From Eledone cirrhosa (lineage: Eukaryota), in NCBI GenBank assembly GCA_964016885.1, contig OZ024742.1:105462001-105526000 (forward strand): a DNA stretch of 64,000 nucleotides. The letters run 5' to 3'. A model generated the notes under the pieces. That model was not told the DNA's origin and ran no database searches. It saw only the letters and a program-made list of their open reading frames with translations. Positions 61,901-64,000 of this stretch are shown here, piece after piece. The translations under genes were made by a program, and so were the position numbers. Every line of letters begins with the position of its first letter. Position 1 is the stretch's first letter.

Positions 61901-62440
61901 TAAGTTCGTCTGGCAGCCCCGATTGGGGTGCGTAAGCTGATATTATTGTGGTAATTGTCTTATTCAGGACTAGTCTGAGTTTAATGATTCTTGCATTTAC
62001 CCTGTACACTGAGATTACTTTATCTACCCACTTGTCAGCTAATAGTATACCTACACCACCCATCCCATCGTCATTTCCCACCCAGAAAAATTTGTAGCAC
62101 TGGCTTTTTCCTACAAGGACTCTAGCAGACCCTCCTCTCCATCTAGTCTCTTGCACACAGCATACATCAACTTCCTTTCGCTCTAGCATTTCTACGATTT
62201 CTCCTGCTCTTCCTTTCATTGAGCCTACATTGATGGTACCAACTTGGAGTTTTGGGCATTTGTCGACACTCATAGGGGAGGGTCTCTGGGTTGGCGCTTC
62301 ACGTGGGTGCTTGGTAGCTCGCAGATTCATATTTCATCTATTGATTCAGAGTTGCTCAAATGTATTCTCAGCTCATCCATCCATAACGGTGGGAAAATTG
62401 AGGGCTAGAAGAACAGTGGTGGTGGGGTAATGGTGGTGGG
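58929..62440 (-). mobile_element. Young RTE-clade LINE with intact ORF and target-site duplication
   Basis: (CAT)n tail at 58929; TSD GTAA(T)TGTGGTT at 58917-28 and 62441-51; one uninterrupted ORF. Confidence 0.95.
59217..62330 (-). CDS. RTE LINE polyprotein: APE endonuclease, reverse transcriptase and C4HC3 PHD-like finger (1037 aa)
   Basis: APE motifs GTINV, QETRW, YAPQ, GDFN, LDFIL, SQH; RT motifs NYRGIKL, QFGF, FVDLEKAFDRV, QGSVLSP, YADD, F.YLG; C-terminal LHGSETW and RRLRWYGHV.RM typical of RTE. Confidence 0.95.
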   Translation of the reverse strand: MNLRATKHPREAPTQRPSPMSVDKCPKLQVGTINVGSMKGRAGEIVEMLERKEVDVCCVQETRWRGGSARVLVGKSQCYKFFWVGNDDGMGGVGILLADKWVDKVISVYRVNARIIKLRLVLNKTITTIISAYAPQSGLPDELKDRFYESLIHTTALTDDKDFLIIAGDFNGHVGKHCNGFNRVHGGHGVGTRNEEGFRLLEFCDANDMSICNTNFKKPDNHLITYRSGEHSSQLDFILIRGRDRWTVVNTKAFPSEECTSQHSLVVSDLTVRTRRTRKQRPTWRRKIWKLKVPSTSNRFKDILLNAYDSKEEQIETFNVEENWEFLKNNLLEATDEVCGWSKTSSRRRVTWWWNNKVDEAVKAKRQAWKEWKNGGSRVHYIETKREARRQVYLARREAEDRKFKHVLQREDQKQEVFKIARQCVRDSCDVIGEKCIRNDKGELALTSAEKKDAWKSHYDRLLNEENAWEEETLPHVDPIEGPVVQVSGSVVSKAIRDMKMGKATGPSSIAAEMLKASGSVGHTITTRIVNQVILEGAIPKDWCSSIIVNCYKGKGDTLDRGNYRGIKLMDQVMKVTERVIAQLIRDRVNINEMQFGFVPGKGTTDALFLVRQLQEKYLAKSKPLYLAFVDLEKAFDRVPRAVIWWALRKLGVDEWLVKAVQAMYRGAVSKVRISNEYSEEFSIQVGVHQGSVLSPLLFIIVLQAITEEFKTGCPWELLYADDLALIAESMVELENKFQTWKQGLERKGLKVNMTKTKVLVSRRENRTQIPSGKWPCSVCRKGVGRNSILCPKCKQWVHKRCSGISGSLIKNVGFTCSSCAETASKQPQETSTTNLWEGPVETVDSFCYLGDRISNGGGCSESTITRVRTGWKKFRELLPLLAAKGFSLRMKGRLYDACIRTAMLHGSETWALKVEDLRRLERNEACMLRWMCNSNIRERQSIKELRERLSIRGIKCCVQERRLRWYGHVMRMKDDSCIKRCRALEVDGNRGVGRPKMTWDEVIKADLTQLHLSKTHDRDFWRHAVIQGTRPPMGTC

Positions 62441-63439
62441 GTAATGTGGTTGGTGTTAGGAAAAGCATCCAGCCATAGAAACCAAGCCAAAATCAGTTCT
62501 GTGTGAGCAAAACACAGTCCTCCGACCTGGCTTGTGAGTGATTAGGTTTTTATTTTTTGTCTCTCTCCTTCGTTCTACACTGAGGAAATCAAAGAATGTG
62601 TGACGAAAGAGCTTTGGCAATATATAAACAACCTTCCGGTTATTGAACCAACCAACCAACTGGAAATTTATAATAAATTGAAATGAAAAACAACGGGTGC
62701 GTGTGTTTTATTGGCAACATGACCCTCCCAAAGTATAACAATATGTTTCAACACACGTTTTCAGATAAGAAATCTCGCAAAACTAATTCAAAAACGAATT
62801 ATAGCAAGGGTTGGACGAGTAATTAAATATTGGATCGAATAAAGTGGAGCTACTAACATCTTAGATTGGCCAGGGACCTGCATCTCACATTAAGTGTTCA
62901 TATGAGCTGGGGGTCCGCATCTCGCTTACATATGTTCCCACACTTTACCAATTGCATTTTATCATAGCACCAGTGCTAGGGAGGTTGACATGTCTTTGAC
63001 ATAGCTGAAGTGTTTTTTTGACCCTTTGTTTGACAGGTTTTCTACAGCTGAATACCCTTCTTATCACCAACCACTTTGTAGGGTGTACTGGGTGCATATA
63101 TCTTTGCCTACTTATTTCCGGGCAAGTCGGGGCAGAATCCTCAAGCACACCTTCCAGCAGATTCTATCGGGAGCAAATGTCTCCAATAGATCTCATGCTT
63201 CCCAGGACAGGTTGCAGGTCCAGCACCAGTTCTTTCAGCTTGTATGTGTATATAGATATATAGTGTGGTGAATTGATGTGCAGAGTAATATGGTATAGAT
63301 CCTCTGGTATTAAGAAAGCAATATTCATAGTTTATTCCAGAACTTATTGATGTATGCATAATGTTAGTCACCACATATTTGGTTTCACTTTAGCTATAAA
63401 ATGCAGCCCAATATTTACACGAACCAAAGATCTTGGATT

Positions 63440-63612
63440 GGAAGAATTAGTAGTGTTAGATAAAACGCCATTGTTGTATTCTGAGTTCAAATCTCACCAA
63501 AGTCAACTACATTTCATCTTTCCAGGGTTGATAGAGTATGAGTCAAGTAATAGGGTTGGTTTAATCAACTTGCCCCAAAACTTGTTGGATTTGTGCCTAA
63601 ATTATAAATCAA
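63440..63612 (+). mobile_element. Degenerate copy of the second SINE family
   Basis: TTCTGAGTTCAAATCTCACC..TTTCATCTTTCCAGGGTTGATA..TTGTGCCTAAA colinear with 56086-56200. Confidence 0.65.
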
Positions 63613-64000
63613 TATTTACAAAGACATGCCAACCTAAGCTTAAGTATCACTTCCTGATTTAATATTTCAATTTGTTAAAAGGAAATCTGAAATGTAGTCC
63701 AAGGATATTAACAAATTTTGACTGTAAACCATGTAATCATCCCCACCACCACACAGTTATTTCCCCTCAACAATAATCACTTGAAAACCAAAGATTTTCT
63801 CATTCTACAGAAATATCTCTGCTACAACCCATCAGCAGCTCGTCAGTACCACATGTATCATGAAAGAGAGGGAGAGTTGACTCTATGTTTGGTTCTAAAG
63901 GACTAAGTGTGTTATGTGTAACTAGCTTTAAATTACTTTTTCCTGAGGCCAATGTAGTTCTCAAAACCATTGGCATTTGTTACCTTTGACCTATATACAA

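Noticed and set aside
62441-62527. Terminal inverted repeat of the intact RTE
   Set aside because: Explained by insertion into an older opposite-strand tail fragment; the TSD marks the boundary.
63805-63850. Minus-strand CUGACGA with CUGCU/AGCAG stem
   Set aside because: GAUA replaces the required GAAA and there is no stem I.

Overview
AT-rich, repeat-dominated animal genomic DNA. The SINE/RTE repertoire and very long (TA)n tracts suggest a coleoid cephalopod such as Octopus (inference). No host protein-coding gene can be firmly called, and most ORFs in the track are microsatellite read-through. Main contents: (i) RTE-clade LINEs, including one apparently intact copy (58929-62440, 1037-aa APE+RT ORF with a C4HC3 PHD-like finger, flanked by a target-site duplication) and several decayed copies; (ii) tRNA-derived SINEs that share the RTE 3' tail, a second SINE family, CR1/L2-like, mariner and Helitron-like remnants; (iii) a 29-kb block (4.5-33 kb) in which one foldback-type repeat family appears as a palindromic element with a telomere-like core, as a 5.7-kb hexamer array between the same inner inverted repeats, and as a 1.1-kb macrosatellite of 16 near-identical copies; (iv) a 200-N gap and a 9-kb structured (TA)n satellite; (v) three well-formed type I hammerhead ribozyme motifs (an inverted pair at 3.5/3.8 kb and one with a very long stem II at 34.7 kb), probably Penelope-like remnants; (vi) a candidate promoter and first exon at 56.6 kb. 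All alignments and folds were done by eye; no database search or folding program was run.
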